Shown here piece after piece: positions 23,101-34,055 of a stretch of 64,000 nucleotides of DNA (positions are counted from its first letter, which is position 1; each line of letters starts with the position of its first letter). Source of the stretch: Bugula neritina (taxonomy: Eukaryota > Animalia > Bryozoa). The translations under genes and the position numbers were made by a program. The notes under the pieces are model-generated. The model was given only the letters and a program-made list of their open reading frames with translations, did no database searches and had not been told where the DNA came from. Location: NCBI GenBank assembly GCA_964035545.1, contig OZ037771.1, forward strand, positions 8,859,408 to 8,923,407, written 5' to 3'.

Positions 23101-24411
23101 TTACTGAGATACTAACTGTAAGTACTGAGATACTAAGTGTAAGTACTGAGATACTAAGTGTAAGTACTGAGTTATTAAGTGTAAGTACTGAGTTACTAAC
23201 TGCGATTACTGAGATACTAACTGTAAGTACTGAGATACTAACTGTAAGTACTGAGTTACTAACTGTGAGTACTGAAATACTAACTGTGATTGCAAGGAAG
23301 TAAGCGTATCTTTTCTCCCACTTCATAATCCCCTAAGCATATTGCGCAGCAATCATATTGGTCATCAGCCTTGTATTTAACCAGTGGCAACTTCTTCAGC
23401 TGCTTCTTTGATATCCCTGACCTTTGCTTTCTACGTATAGCCTGACACCACCAAACAACCTGTCATTAAATATCAAAGACTGCATCTAAATGAAGCATTT
23501 ATATTTTAAAAGTAGAGCCACCACCAACTGCATTAAGAGAGGATCCAGCTTTGTTAGCAAGTTTAACTCATCAGCGAGATCTGACTCACTTGCCTGCGCA
23601 GTGGAAGTTGATGCCGGTTATATACATGTTATGCATTCGAGAGCAGCCGTGGTCTAGGGGTTAGAGCGTTTGCCTAGTAAGCATGAAGTCATGGGTTCGA
23701 GCCCCGACATAGGCCATTGGTGATGCTAGGAACAGCATCCATTCATAATTGCTCCTGTGCCCCATCTGAATAAGTCCTTAGCCCAAATTTAACAAAAAAA
23801 ACCTTTCCCCCAGAGGTTCTCACATAATAGTGACTATAAGCTTGTGTGAGTTTTTATATACATGTTATGGATTCAACAGAATATCTGTTACAGCACACAA
23901 ATGAGCTGATGAATATTCAATCATAGTGATACTAGACCCTCAGGTGTCAAGCTCAATAACGGCCAACTTACTATTTACACCTAATTCGTTCACCAGCTAC
24001 ACAGCTAGTTCTGTCACTGGTGAGAAGGGGGGGGGGGGGGTGAACATGCCTAGAATGATGAAACCAGTCTAAGAAAAAACTCTAAACTCTAAATTACTTA
24101 TTTATATCATGTATACAATTTTTATTCCTATATAAATATTTTAGTGACATAGCATCAACAGCTGCTGTTTATATATTCACACTTGTTTGATGGAAGTGGA
24201 CACAGTATACTGAATATTGTGTGTAGCTCACTTAGCATCAGTTGGTAAGAAGGGAATTGGGACTTACCATCAGCACAATGACTATCAGTAGTACCAAACC
24301 AAAGATGAGAGCCATGGTTATGAGGAACGCGTATCGGTGAAGGTTATCCACTCCCGGTGGTTGAATCTCGGCTGATGTGCTGCAGAGATATAATACATAT
24401 ATACAATACAT

Positions 24412-24473
<62 letters not shown>

Positions 24474-27400
24474 TACAATACACCTATATAATACATGTAT
24501 ACAATAACATATACAATACATATATACAATACACAATATACACACATATGACGTACATACACACATATGACATACACACATATCATGTACATACACACAT
24601 ATAACATACACACATATCATGTACATACACACATATAACATACACACATATCACATACATACACACATATAACATACACACATATCACGTACATACACAC
24701 ATATAACATACACACATATCATGTACAGACGTATTAATAGCCAGATATTTACAGTTAGGGTGTAGAAACTTACATCTCATGCACCTGATTAGGATAGCTG
24801 TGTTGGCACAGGGCATGGCCGTCACTATGAGTAACAAACACAGCGGGGATATTAATCAACTTCGATGCTGATTCTAAATGGAAAATAAAAGACAATTATA
24901 CTATAACTGCATAGCTTCGGCCTAAAAGCATTACACATGGTTGAAGCGAATCTCCCAGATTCACTAACTGTAACACTAAACATGAGATAGACGAGTAGAG
25001 AGATTACTAGTTGAAATGTAAAACATGTGTTGTTTAAAGAATTCATTTCTTCTATTATGTTTCTGTATGCTACTGTAATACAAGCGCAGTGCAATTATAA
25101 TAATGGCATAGTGCAAGTATAGTACAGGTATAGTGCAAGTATAGTACAGGTATAGTGCAAGTATAGTACAGGTATAGTGCAAGTACAGCACAGGTATAGT
25201 GCAAGTATAGTACAGGTATAGTGCAAGTATAGTACAGGTATAGTGCAAGAACAAAGATAGTGTAAGTACAATACAAATGCACTGTAAGCATATCGTTATT
25301 ATACTGTAATCTAGCATATATTTGCACCATATGTAATACTTACTGCTGGTACATGTACAATACACACAGTGTAAGTAAAATGTACACGTACTCAACTTAC
25401 CGTTATCTGAATTCATATGCAGCAAACTGTCTTCATAATTGAATACGATAACGGCACTATAGCCACTTCTCTGTGCATTTAACACCTAGAAATAAAAAGC
25501 AATGATATATGGGTATAATAAGCAAGGGTGACAACCCTTCACTTATAGGGTATGTGTGTTGGGGAATGGTATGTGTGTGTTGGGGGATGGTATGTGTGTT
25601 GGGGGATGGTATGTGTGTGTTGGGGGATGATATGTGTTAGGGATGGGATATGCATATTATAATGCAGTGAGAGGTGAGAGCTCTGGTGTTTACAAGGTTG
25701 AGCTAATGGCACATATATTTAATATAATATGGTTATTGGCTGAAGGAGCTGCAGCAGGGGAATGCTGTACTGGTTGATCTTTGGACTGATGGGAGATAAA
25801 GATAAAGATAAAGACATGGATGAGTAAAGTGTTAGACGTGGGCAGGTGTAATACAATGCATGACCAAGTAATTCTTACTACTTTACTTTTCCCACCAATT
25901 CTTGTATATTATTAGAAATTGTTAGAAACTCAGGGTAATAATATGAGAGTCTACATTCCTGCTTCCTGATCAACAGTGAGTGTGTAGTAAAACAGTGAGT
26001 GAGTAGTAAAACAGTGAGTGAGTAGTATAACAGTGATTGTGTAGTATAACTGTGAGTGTGTAGTATAACTGTGAGTGTGTAGTATAACAGTGAGTGTGTA
26101 GTATAACTTTGAGTGAGTAGTATAACTGTGAGTGTGTAGTATAACTGTGAGTGTGTAGTATAACTGTGAGTGTGTAGTATAACAGTGAGTGTGTAGTATA
26201 ACTGTGAGTGTGTAGTATAACTGTGAGTGTGTAGTATAACTGTGAGTGTGTAGTATTACAGTGAGTGTGTAGTATTACAGTGAGTGAGTAGTATAACACT
26301 GAATCAGTTTCATAGATAATATGATAACCTAATGATCTAATAATATACATTCAGTCCACAGCCCGCGACACATGAGTACATGCACCATTAGAGTGAGATA
26401 TAAAAATTGACATCTTATTCACACAAACTGAAACTCTCATACTTCTGGCTTTATAACAAGTTTAATATGTACTGCATCATATAGCACTAAGACACACTGC
26501 ACAATATGGAGGAAAGTATTGCAGTTATCATAATTTAAAATTCCTAGCAGTCACAGAGGTTCAACTATGCCAACTTAGTTCTGAAAACAAAACAGAAAAA
26601 AGTGGGAAGGTTAGCAAAGCTTTCATTAACACCAAAACCGTAGGCTATTTTCTATACTAAACAGAGTATTTATTGCGGAGTGGGGCAACTCCCCACCGAA
26701 TCTTCCAGCTAGTTAGCCTGGCAACACTCACCTTAGTGACAAAACTACAACTTGTTCGATAACTGGTTAATCCTTTGGTTGATCTTTTGACTATAGCAAT
26801 CCATGGGAGATTTTGTGGAGAGTAAACGGCTGGAGATGGTGGTGGAGAGATGGTGGAACATGCGTCCAGGGGTTCAGCTTGGTGCAGCAAACCCTGTATG
26901 AGATTAGAATCAGTTCTGTAGAATACCTTTACAGTTCACTTATATTCTTGAAATAATTAGCAGTCATTGGCCGCTGTACATTTCATGCTTTTATAATTAA
27001 TCAACATTTTACTCCTATTTCAGAATAAAGAATTTGATTGGATCCCGAAATAGTGGGCGTATGCAAGATATTTTTAAATTATAGTTAATATTAAAATAGT
27101 AAATTCATGCCAGCCATTTTACATTACATCCTCCCGCTACTCGAACAGGACAAAGCGGAGATAGGTGAGACATTTTACATTACATTACGCTGAGTTATTA
27201 CTTTGCTGAACTGAGTCAAGTGATATTTTTCAGTGTAAAAAAGTGTTTTGGTGAAAACAATTGGAGAAAAAAACAAATATGTGAATCTGCATGAAAAAAA
27301 TCACCTGAGAACAAAATGTGTAATTCTAGAGCAAAGAAACCGTGTCATTTGAATACTAGCACAATTACAAGATGGCTACTAGAGTAGTTACTGTGAGGTA

Positions 27401-28200
27401 TACTAGTCTATGCAACTGATCACTGCACAGTGAATATCATGTATCAGAAAGCAAACAGAAGTGAACAACTTTCTTATTTTGTAAGCATAGCCTTTCCCTC
27501 AAGATTTATGTAAACATATTCCAATTCAGCAAAAAAAATAGATGCAAGTATTTGAGCACTTGTACTATAAAAATTATTTTTACAACAGGTTGACGAGTTG
27601 GCATTAGACAGGTAATCAAGACTACCAGGTGAAGGTAATCGATAAGTAATAGTGCATATTATATGAATGATAATCAAGAAGATTGAAGTTACCCAGCACC
27701 TGTTGTCACTATATTCTCAACAAAAAATAAACTTACCTTAAAATACGGCTTATTTGGTAGTTCACCTCCAAACCTAGCTGCAGCATAACTATAACTGGCC
27801 TCAATTGTACTTCGATTTAAATTTGTCTGCAATGATACCAATACAAAAAAAACCTGAACAAATGAATTTTATAAAAGTTAACTTACTGAATCTAACCATA
27901 AGAAGCAAGCCCAGTACACCAATTTAATCATGATTGACTATTTAGAGCACTTTGAGGAAACAAATGGATTTATTACTGAAGTGTGCTGTAACATAAAAAA
28001 TTGAAAGTATAATAACCATCATCAAAAGAAAGCAGATGCTTTTCAGCTGAGCAGCTGGTAAAGTGTAAAAACTAAAGGCTACATGTAAAAGTACAAACCA
28101 GGGTAATATCACCATCCCAGCCGCGACCCTTATAAGACAGTGTATTGCCAACATAACAGCTTAGTGAGAGCAGAAAGCAGGAGACACGAATCCAGCTCAT
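19904..28200 (-). CDS. RNF13: PA-TM-RING E3 ubiquitin ligase of the RNF13/RNF167 (Godzilla) family, about 494 aa
   Basis: Coding exons 28200-28099, 27826-27737, 26893-26732, 25485-25401, 24873-24774, 24379-24268, 23459-23285, 21097-20840, 20733-20585, 20155-19904; all GT-AG, phases consistent, 1485 nt. Signal peptide; PA domain (AARFGGELP..GLL..AEPLDAC..CSFVTKVLNAQRSGYSAVIVFN..IPAVFV); TM; RING-H2 (CAICLGDY..LLPCNHTYHQKCIDPWL..TCPVC); dileucine ERTPLL. RNF13 versus RNF167 orthology is not resolvable. Confidence 0.92.
20585..20733 (-). CDS. RNF13: RNF13-like exon (Ser/acidic tail)
   Basis: ttgcag|..GHTSNS...SSSDEVSDTENDLRPNILVQ|gtgtgt; this frame bridges the neighbouring phases. Confidence 0.7.
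20840..21097 (-). CDS. RNF13: RNF13-like exon (RING C-half, ERTPLL)
   Basis: YHQKCIDPWLLKNKKTCPVCKRRV...SERTPLL...|gtgcgt. Confidence 0.9.
22011..23290. repeat. 21-bp minisatellite, about 61 units (GAGWTACTAACTGTRAGTACT)
   Basis: Direct reading; begins at the RING exon donor site. Confidence 0.97.
23285..23459 (-). CDS. RNF13: RNF13-like exon (RING N-half)
   Basis: KKQLKKLPLVKY..YDCCAICLGDYEVGEKIRLLPCNH|gttagt. Confidence 0.92.
23641..23860 (+). mobile_element. tRNA-derived SINE, family 1
   Basis: A-box TGGTCTAGGGG, B-box GGTTCGAGCCC, non-tRNA body; two further copies in the window. Confidence 0.8.
24268..24379 (-). CDS. RNF13: RNF13-like exon (TM helix)
   Basis: YAFLITMALIFGLVLLIVIVLM|gtaagt. 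Confidence 0.9.
24415..24722. repeat. (TA)n microsatellite followed by a CATACACACATAT-based minisatellite
   Basis: Direct reading. Confidence 0.9.
24774..24873 (-). CDS. RNF13: RNF13-like exon
   Basis: SASKLINIPAVFVTHSDG...|gtaagt. Confidence 0.85.
25105..25265. repeat. 22-bp minisatellite (GTATAGTGCAA GTATAGTACAG)
   Basis: Direct reading. Confidence 0.9.
25401..25485 (-). CDS. RNF13: RNF13-like exon (PA domain)
   Basis: VLNAQRSGYSAVIVFNYEDSLLHMNSDN|gtaagt. Confidence 0.9.
25550..25650. repeat. ~20-bp minisatellite (GGTATGTGTGTTGGGGGAT)
   Basis: Direct reading. Confidence 0.85.
25972..26300. repeat. 19-bp minisatellite (GTGAGTGTGTAGTATAACW)
   Basis: Direct reading, about 17 units. Confidence 0.92.
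26732..26893 (-). CDS. RNF13: RNF13-like exon (PA domain)
   Basis: GLLHQAEPLDAC...CSFVTK|gtgagt. Confidence 0.9.
27737..27826 (-). CDS. RNF13: RNF13-like exon
   Basis: TNLNRSTIEASYSYAAARFGGELPNKPYFK|gtaagt. Confidence 0.85.
28099..28200 (-). CDS. RNF13: RNF13-like first coding exon (signal peptide)
   Basis: MSWIRVSCFLLSLSCYVGNTLS..GDITL|gtttgt; an acceptor at 28234 implies an upstream 5' UTR exon. Confidence 0.7.
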
Positions 28201-29609
28201 TGCAGAGGAATTCCGCCAGTCATTTGCAGATAACTGTAAATGTCAAACAATACCAATTTCAAAAGAGTATAGACAATGGCAGCTAAATGGAATTTGTACA
28301 AAAGCCTAATCCTATGTACTTGATACAAAAATTTCTTGATATATTTTGAACTTGTTACTTATTGCTAATAATATGTTTAAGCCTAGGTATTTAATTTTTG
28401 AAAAATAATCATTATATGAACATTTATTATGGACTGGTATACTTATTAGTAATTATCTTTAATGACATTATTGATTATTCAAAATTCCAATTATTATCAA
28501 ACAGTTATAAGAATACTATTATTATACAGTTTAGACTGCATAGTTTTAAGTTCAGGTAATTACTATGATAATCACAATGAAATATGAATATAATATCAGT
28601 CATATTACTTTTACTAATATAAACAATAAATATTATGTCTAGCAGGAATAATAACATAATATTATTTAGTATATTAATAGCAATAGTATTTGTTATACAG
28701 ACCAATATTAGTGTTAATAGTTATACAGGTATATGCTATAGTTAGTGTTATTCCTTACAAATTGAACCACTGTTATACTTACATTATAGCCCATAGGCTA
28801 TAGTTATATAGTAATAGTATCACTTTACTATAAGTATAATTTATACTCATACCTATGCTGTTGTCTGTTAGTGTTATACTACTTATAGTAATATTAATAG
28901 TTATAGGTATAACTAATAACTAGAAATAAAAATATTAGTAAATGCTATACGATTAATATCGTTGTTACATTTTGTGAGTTTCCAATAGACAAATACAATA
29001 GTTATACTCATAGTAAACTCAGACTATAATAAAGTATTCCATCCAGTTTTACTGTGACTACGAGCATAAGAAGTCGTGAACAACTATTAGCATTACTAAT
29101 ACTATATTGTTATTGCTGTATAGAAAGAGTGATACTTATATTAACAGTAACACTAATAGTAATTATTAAATTAACAAATTGTTACCTGCAAGTGCAAATT
29201 AATATGAGAGTCAAACTCAAAACAAATAACGGAGACTAGCAGTAACTTATAATAATGATTATAATAATAATTATAATACGAATAATAATATATCGACAGC
29301 CCCAAGCTGTCACCGTGACCTCCAAACCACCCCTTAGTCACCCCAATCTCCACCCGTGATCTGCCCAGCAAATCACCGTATTCGCCCAGAATACAATGAC
29401 TAGAAACTTGAATTTGCTAAACTCTCTAATAGATATAAACGTTCTCAGTCGAACACTGTCACACGATTGATAGAGGCTTTTGTTTTGCAGCGCAGCACGA
29501 GGAGAAGTCCTTGACCCCCTGCTGTGTACCTAAGCACTCTATCTTGCTGCGCCGCTAACGGCATCGGCATACTTACAGCCCACATCTCCCCTAGCTTCTT
29601 ACAAAGCTA

Positions 29610-32600
29610 CTAGGGAGACGCCACGACCTCTGGCCAATCAACATAATCAGCCAAGTACGCAGGTCGCAGCCGCACACGTTGCGGCCGTCCATGATGGAGC
29701 AGCGGCACATCTGCATTCTCGCTCTCCTCAGCATCAACTCCAACCTGTTCGGTGGGGCGTTCTGGACACCTTACACCATTCACATCAGCATCGGGTTGGG
29801 CTGGGTCTTCCCGAATAGCATACTGACCCGCATTGGCCTCCTCGCCATGCTCCTCGCTCAACGCTAACAGCAGATCCCCTGGAGGCCCAGCATAGGGTAT
29901 ATGCTGATCATCAACACGAGCAGAGAGACAACCCTGATGGCGCCTTCCACCGTGCTGAGCAAGCTCTCCACCATGGCGACGCTTTCGCACGTCTTTAACA
30001 TGCCGTGGTACCCCATTCACACACACTGTGTGTCTTGATACAACCCCGGTGACCTCACTGAGTGCCCACTGCCTGGTGCACGAGGGTGTTGGTGGCTTCA
30101 GCCAGACTTCATCGCCAATGGCGAAGTTACAGTCACCACAAACGCCAGCTTCTGTGGTATTAATATCAAATGGTACCCGCCAAGGGTATCGAAAGAGCAC
30201 GTTAGAAGGCACCGAACCTTCATCTGCGTCCTTCCTGGGTGTCACATTATACCAGAATGTGGCTTCTTCGGGAGAAATCCCCCCTCTCTCCGCAATCCTT
30301 TTGATTGTCCGGTGGTTTCTCTCTACAATCCCGTTGCCGCTCGGGGCGTAAGCGGCTCTGAATCGAAGAGATATTCCCCACTCGTCAGCAAACTCCTCAA
30401 CAGATGCTGACCTGAATGCCATGGAGTTGTCCAAGAGCAACTCTTCACATGGCCCTCGCTCAACCACAACGCTGCGCAATTGAGCAACAATTTTTTCTGC
30501 AGACTCACTCTGAAGACGTCGCCAGATGGCCAGTCGCGACGGACCACAGTCGACCATCGACAGAAACAGTCTGCCATCGTAGTGGGTTACATCAATCGCA
30601 ACTCTCTGCCAATTTCCTTCTACTGACAAGCTTCCTGTCGGGACAATGTTCTCAGACCTTAAGGCGGGGTCGACCCTCTGGCATGTCTCACACCCAGCCA
30701 ACTCACGCTTCACTTGCTCTCTGGACAGATCTCTACGAATTTGTCGAGCAAGGTAAAGCGTCCGATCAACGCCTAAATGATGAGGCAGGTGCGCCGCCCA
30801 AATGGCATCTTCCACACTTTCCCCTGTTGAAAGTGCTGCAGTCACCTGCATGTCGGTGCTGCCAAGTCCACGGCTCCCAAGCCACTGCTTAGCCACCCTA
30901 GTCATGCAATCAGCTTTGTTTTCTGCCGTCGGCACAAAACGAACTGATATTTCAAGGTCGAACTCGGTGATCGTGTCTCGGATTACACCCAAACGACGCT
31001 TTATGAGCATCTCTGCAGCACTCTTTGTTCTTACGCGACTACGAGCGTCAACAGTGTTTCCCATCCAGTTGACGACCGTGAGCGAGTCGATTGCTAGCGT
31101 GAAGGTTTTAAATCCCCACGTGACCGCCAGGTTGATTCCTCTAGCCACAACCTCCAACTCGGCAACATTGATATGGGAATGAACGGACTCCTTCCGTAGC
31201 CATGACGCATCCTCTACAACATTGCCATCTACCTCCAGGACCACGCCTATCCCTATGGAGCTAGCATCTGTCCACACTGTAACAGATCCCCCTGGATTCA
31301 TTCGCCAGCACCCCCGCACAGGGTCCTCTCGCTTAGCTCTGTTCAGCAACTCTGCAGCCAGATTGCTGACAGCATTTCCAACAGGAGCATCCCAACCCCC
31401 ACCACATCCTAATCGTTTGAGGAAGCTGCAGTGCATGCGGAGCCATCCAGCCACCGGATAGTGACCGACCAACCGACCACAAAGGGAGAAGAGGCCACGC
31501 TTTGTGAGGCTTTTTGGCTTCAAGTGGATCTCTGAGAGGGCTGTTGCCCTCATCATTCGTAGTTCTCCGCGACTGTCGCTTTTAAGGGCAATTCCCAACA
31601 GTCGACCTCCATCAAGACTTTCCGGCTCTTTAGTCTCGAGCCCATACTTGGCTAGATGCTTTCGTACTTCCTCAGCACCGACAACAGGCTCCTGCACCAC
31701 TATGTCATCAATGTAGTGGTCCGTTGCCCGACGAACCCGGTCGTCCATCGACAGTACTTTACCAAGAATCGAAGTCATAATTCTGGGAGCGCACGACAGT
31801 CCAAAACCGAGCCGAGTCAGGGCGTAGTGCACCCCCTTATGTCTAACGACCTGGTACTTCCACAGATCTTTGGCTATGTGAATCTGAAAATAGGCTGACT
31901 TCAGATCCACAACTCGGAGGTTACCTTTCAACTGTCTCCACTTTCTAATCTTTTCACTACACACCGCAACCTTGTCATCGCCAGTGTGAGATTCCACGTA
32001 GTTGTTCAGCTCACGGTAGTTCATGACCGGTCGCACCTTGTCCTTAGTTGGCTGGAACACTGCAAGCAAAGGGATAACCCCTTCAACTGGGCCATCCCAT
32101 CGCTTTAACCAACCCTTGGAGATCCAGCTCTCCAGCTCTGCGCAGTAGCGTTCATGAATCTGAGGCGCCTGAGTACACCTGTACTCTGACACACGAGTTT
32201 GGAGCTTTGATGGAGACTCCCCGGTCCACCGCCAACTGACGGTCCATCGACTATTGTCGAAATTGGCCACGAAATCGGGATCCTCCACTCGCAGCGCCCC
32301 CAAGTCACTGCTACGACTATCATTGACAGCTGTCGTAGCCTCACAGGCCAGGCCTGGGCTGGAAACTTTCTGACGAGGAAAGTCACAGCAGCCAGCTGAA
32401 TTCTGCTTTCCCCAGACAACTGAGTATCGCGAGTCAGAGCCTCTCCTGACAGTCACACCTCCCATATGGTCGATGGCATCACCACCAATGAAGCAATCAA
32501 CGCCAAGGTTCCCCAACTCGCTCATGACAGGAGCCGAGACACTGAAGCAGTGTCCCTGCAGTCCAACGGTAACTCGGCAAGTGCCCTCCACGTGAGAGGC

Positions 32601-32927
32601 ACTGCCATCAGCCGTTAATAACGGCCGGCCTGCTTTGAGCCGTTTCCCACCAACCACCCGCGGACTTACCAGAGTCCGCTCGCTTCCAGTGTCGACAAGA
32701 CACGAGAAACAACAGCCGTTCAGCACTGCCTGAATGACGGGCATACGGCTACTTGTGGTAGTCCTACTAATTGCCCCAGATAGCGCCAAGCTATCCCGCG
32801 GTACGCATGCACCGCTCAGAACCTCGCTCATCGATAAAGAGCAAGGCCCTCGGCGGTTAACGCCTAAACTGTGGTATCCATGTTGGAGGATGCGGCGCCC
32901 CGAGTTGCATCCTCCGCCTGAAAACCC
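29610..32927 (-). CDS. pol: Element A Pol (PR, RT, RNase H, IN), reached by -1 frameshift
   Basis: LVDTGS, YIDD, WTDAS, H-H-C-C (HLPHHLG..CETC), DDE (IDVT/LLDNS/VERNH). The -1 frame is open from the slippery site at 32921-32927 to the listed ORF start. Confidence 0.95.
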   Translation of the reverse strand, partial: GFSGGGCNSGRRILQHGYHSLGVNRRGPCSLSMSEVLSGACVPRDSLALSGAISRTTTSSRMPVIQAVLNGCCFSCLVDTGSERTLVSPRVVGGKRLKAGRPLLTADGSASHVEGTCRVTVGLQGHCFSVSAPVMSELGNLGVDCFIGGDAIDHMGGVTVRRGSDSRYSVVWGKQNSAGCCDFPRQKVSSPGLACEATTAVNDSRSSDLGALRVEDPDFVANFDNSRWTVSWRWTGESPSKLQTRVSEYRCTQAPQIHERYCAELESWISKGWLKRWDGPVEGVIPLLAVFQPTKDKVRPVMNYRELNNYVESHTGDDKVAVCSEKIRKWRQLKGNLRVVDLKSAYFQIHIAKDLWKYQVVRHKGVHYALTRLGFGLSCAPRIMTSILGKVLSMDDRVRRATDHYIDDIVVQEPVVGAEEVRKHLAKYGLETKEPESLDGGRLLGIALKSDSRGELRMMRATALSEIHLKPKSLTKRGLFSLCGRLVGHYPVAGWLRMHCSFLKRLGCGGGWDAPVGNAVSNLAAELLNRAKREDPVRGCWRMNPGGSVTVWTDASSIGIGVVLEVDGNVVEDASWLRKESVHSHINVAELEVVARGINLAVTWGFKTFTLAIDSLTVVNWMGNTVDARSRVRTKSAAEMLIKRRLGVIRDTITEFDLEISVRFVPTAENKADCMTRVAKQWLGSRGLGSTDMQVTAALSTGESVEDAIWAAHLPHHLGVDRTLYLARQIRRDLSREQVKRELAGCETCQRVDPALRSENIVPTGSLSVEGNWQRVAIDVTHYDGRLFLSMVDCGPSRLAIWRRLQSESAEKIVAQLRSVVVERGPCEELLLDNSMAFRSASVEEFADEWGISLRFRAAYAPSGNGIVERNHRTIKRIAERGGISPEEATFWYNVTPRKDADEGSVPSNVLFRYPWRVPFDINTTEAGVCGDCNFAIGDEVWLKPPTPSCTRQWALSEVTGVVSRHTVCVNGVPRHVKDVRKRRHGGELAQHGGRRHQGCLSARVDDQHIPYAGPPGDLLLALSEEHGEEANAGQYAIREDPAQPDADVNGVRCPERPTEQVGVDAEESENADVPLLHHGRPQRVRLRPAYLADYVDWPEVVASP

Positions 32928-33868
32928 GGCTGGTTACCTTCCTGCCCTGCAGCTACTGCAGGCGGTTTCGGGCAGTCCCGAACCCAGTGGTCGATGCCTC
33001 CGCACCGGAAGCATCCAGCTCTCTTCCCAGAAGAGTTTCTCACGGGCCGCTTGTTGAATGAAGCCCGCCTGCTCTCGGTGCAATCCTTTACCTGGTGTGC
33101 ACCGCCACACCGATAGCAGGAACTGGCACCTGACTGCTGCTGCGCTCTTCCAGAAGCAGCAGCGACTTCCCCCGACTGTTGCCCAGTTCTAGAACGGCGT
33201 GCAACAGCCCTGCGCGAGACCACTCTTTCTCGCACACGTGCCAAAACTGACCCAAAGTCGGCCTTGTAGGCACTTTCGAGGGTTACTGCCCACTCGTAGA
33301 CAGAGGCCGGCAAGCCTTCATAAAACTGAGCTCGAAAACTCAGATCATTGCAGGTCATGCCGACTCGCCCACCGAACCGCTCCAAGCGGTCCAGGTACAC
33401 GTCAATCGTGTCTCCGTCTTCCATGCGGCAGGTAATGAACCTACGCCATGCTTCCTGCATAGGCATGGCGTACTCGGCCACCAAGGCCGCTTTTACTACA
33501 TCCCATTGGGATGCTTCAGCCACACGCATCCTGCTGTAGACACGAGCAGCATTGCCACCCAACATGTAGATGAGGATTTCCGTTGGGGCAATCTGTTCTA
33601 CCTCGCAGAGTCCCTCAAACTCCCTGATCAACGCAGTGACATCTACACTGCCATCGCCAGTAAACTGGGGCGTGGCTTGTCGAATTCTCGACAGAATCGG
33701 GCCCTTTGCCTGATTGAGGATGCTAGCCAAGACCCTCGCATCCAACAGAACTGGAGCTGCAAGCCCAGTGCCCGCAGATGATGGCCCGCCAAGGTCGGAA
33801 GCGCCACCAACTGCCGAACTCTCCCCAGGAGAGTCCTCGCCTTCAATTTTCTCTCCTTTCCGTGACAT
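32864..33868 (-). CDS. gag: Element A Gag with two CCHC zinc knuckles
   Basis: CYRCGGAHQVKDC and CFRCGGIDHWVRDC; first ATG at 33868. Confidence 0.92.
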   Translation of the reverse strand: MSRKGEKIEGEDSPGESSAVGGASDLGGPSSAGTGLAAPVLLDARVLASILNQAKGPILSRIRQATPQFTGDGSVDVTALIREFEGLCEVEQIAPTEILIYMLGGNAARVYSRMRVAEASQWDVVKAALVAEYAMPMQEAWRRFITCRMEDGDTIDVYLDRLERFGGRVGMTCNDLSFRAQFYEGLPASVYEWAVTLESAYKADFGSVLARVRERVVSRRAVARRSRTGQQSGEVAAASGRAQQQSGASSCYRCGGAHQVKDCTESRRASFNKRPVRNSSGKRAGCFRCGGIDHWVRDCPKPPAVAAGQEGNQPGFQAEDATRGAASSNMDTTV

Positions 33869-34055
33869 TCCGTTCTCCACAGTCAACAAGTATGAGTAAT
33901 AAACTATTTGACTGAGAACCAGAATGCACAAGCTTACTAACTACGTTTAAGTAGTAGTAAGAAACAGCAGTAATATTATGATTATATCACGTTGTTACCA
34001 ACCATAAAGTAATAATAGTAATAATAGTAATAATAGCAATAATAATGATAATGCT

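Noticed and set aside
22011-23290. CRISPR-like array
   Set aside because: Contiguous tandem units with no unique spacers, a eukaryotic context and no cas genes.
21866-23326. 486-aa and 433-aa ORFs (TVSISVL / TVSTEIL repeats)
   Set aside because: Artefacts of a 21-bp repeat inside an RNF intron; they are not in the RNF reading frame, which hits TAG immediately.
23641-23715. Functional tRNA gene
   Set aside because: A/B boxes are present but there is no proper acceptor stem, and it continues into a body shared by three dispersed copies, so it is a SINE.
24238-26350. Tyr/Cys/Ile/His-rich ORFs
   Set aside because: Translations of micro- and minisatellites; only the short embedded RNF exons are real.
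27887-27931. Alternative RNF first exon MIKLVYWACFLWLDS|gtaagt
   Set aside because: In frame with a good donor, but the 28200-28099 exon gives a better signal peptide and family-like GDITL. It cannot be excluded without transcripts.
29679-33899. Many plus-strand ORFs antisense to gag/pol (also in B-E)
   Set aside because: Shadow ORFs of GC-richer coding DNA with no recognisable motifs.
33990-34003. TGGTTGGTAACAAC as a canonical PBS of element A
   Set aside because: About 65 nt away from the LTR, and I do not recognise it as complementary to a tRNA 3' end.
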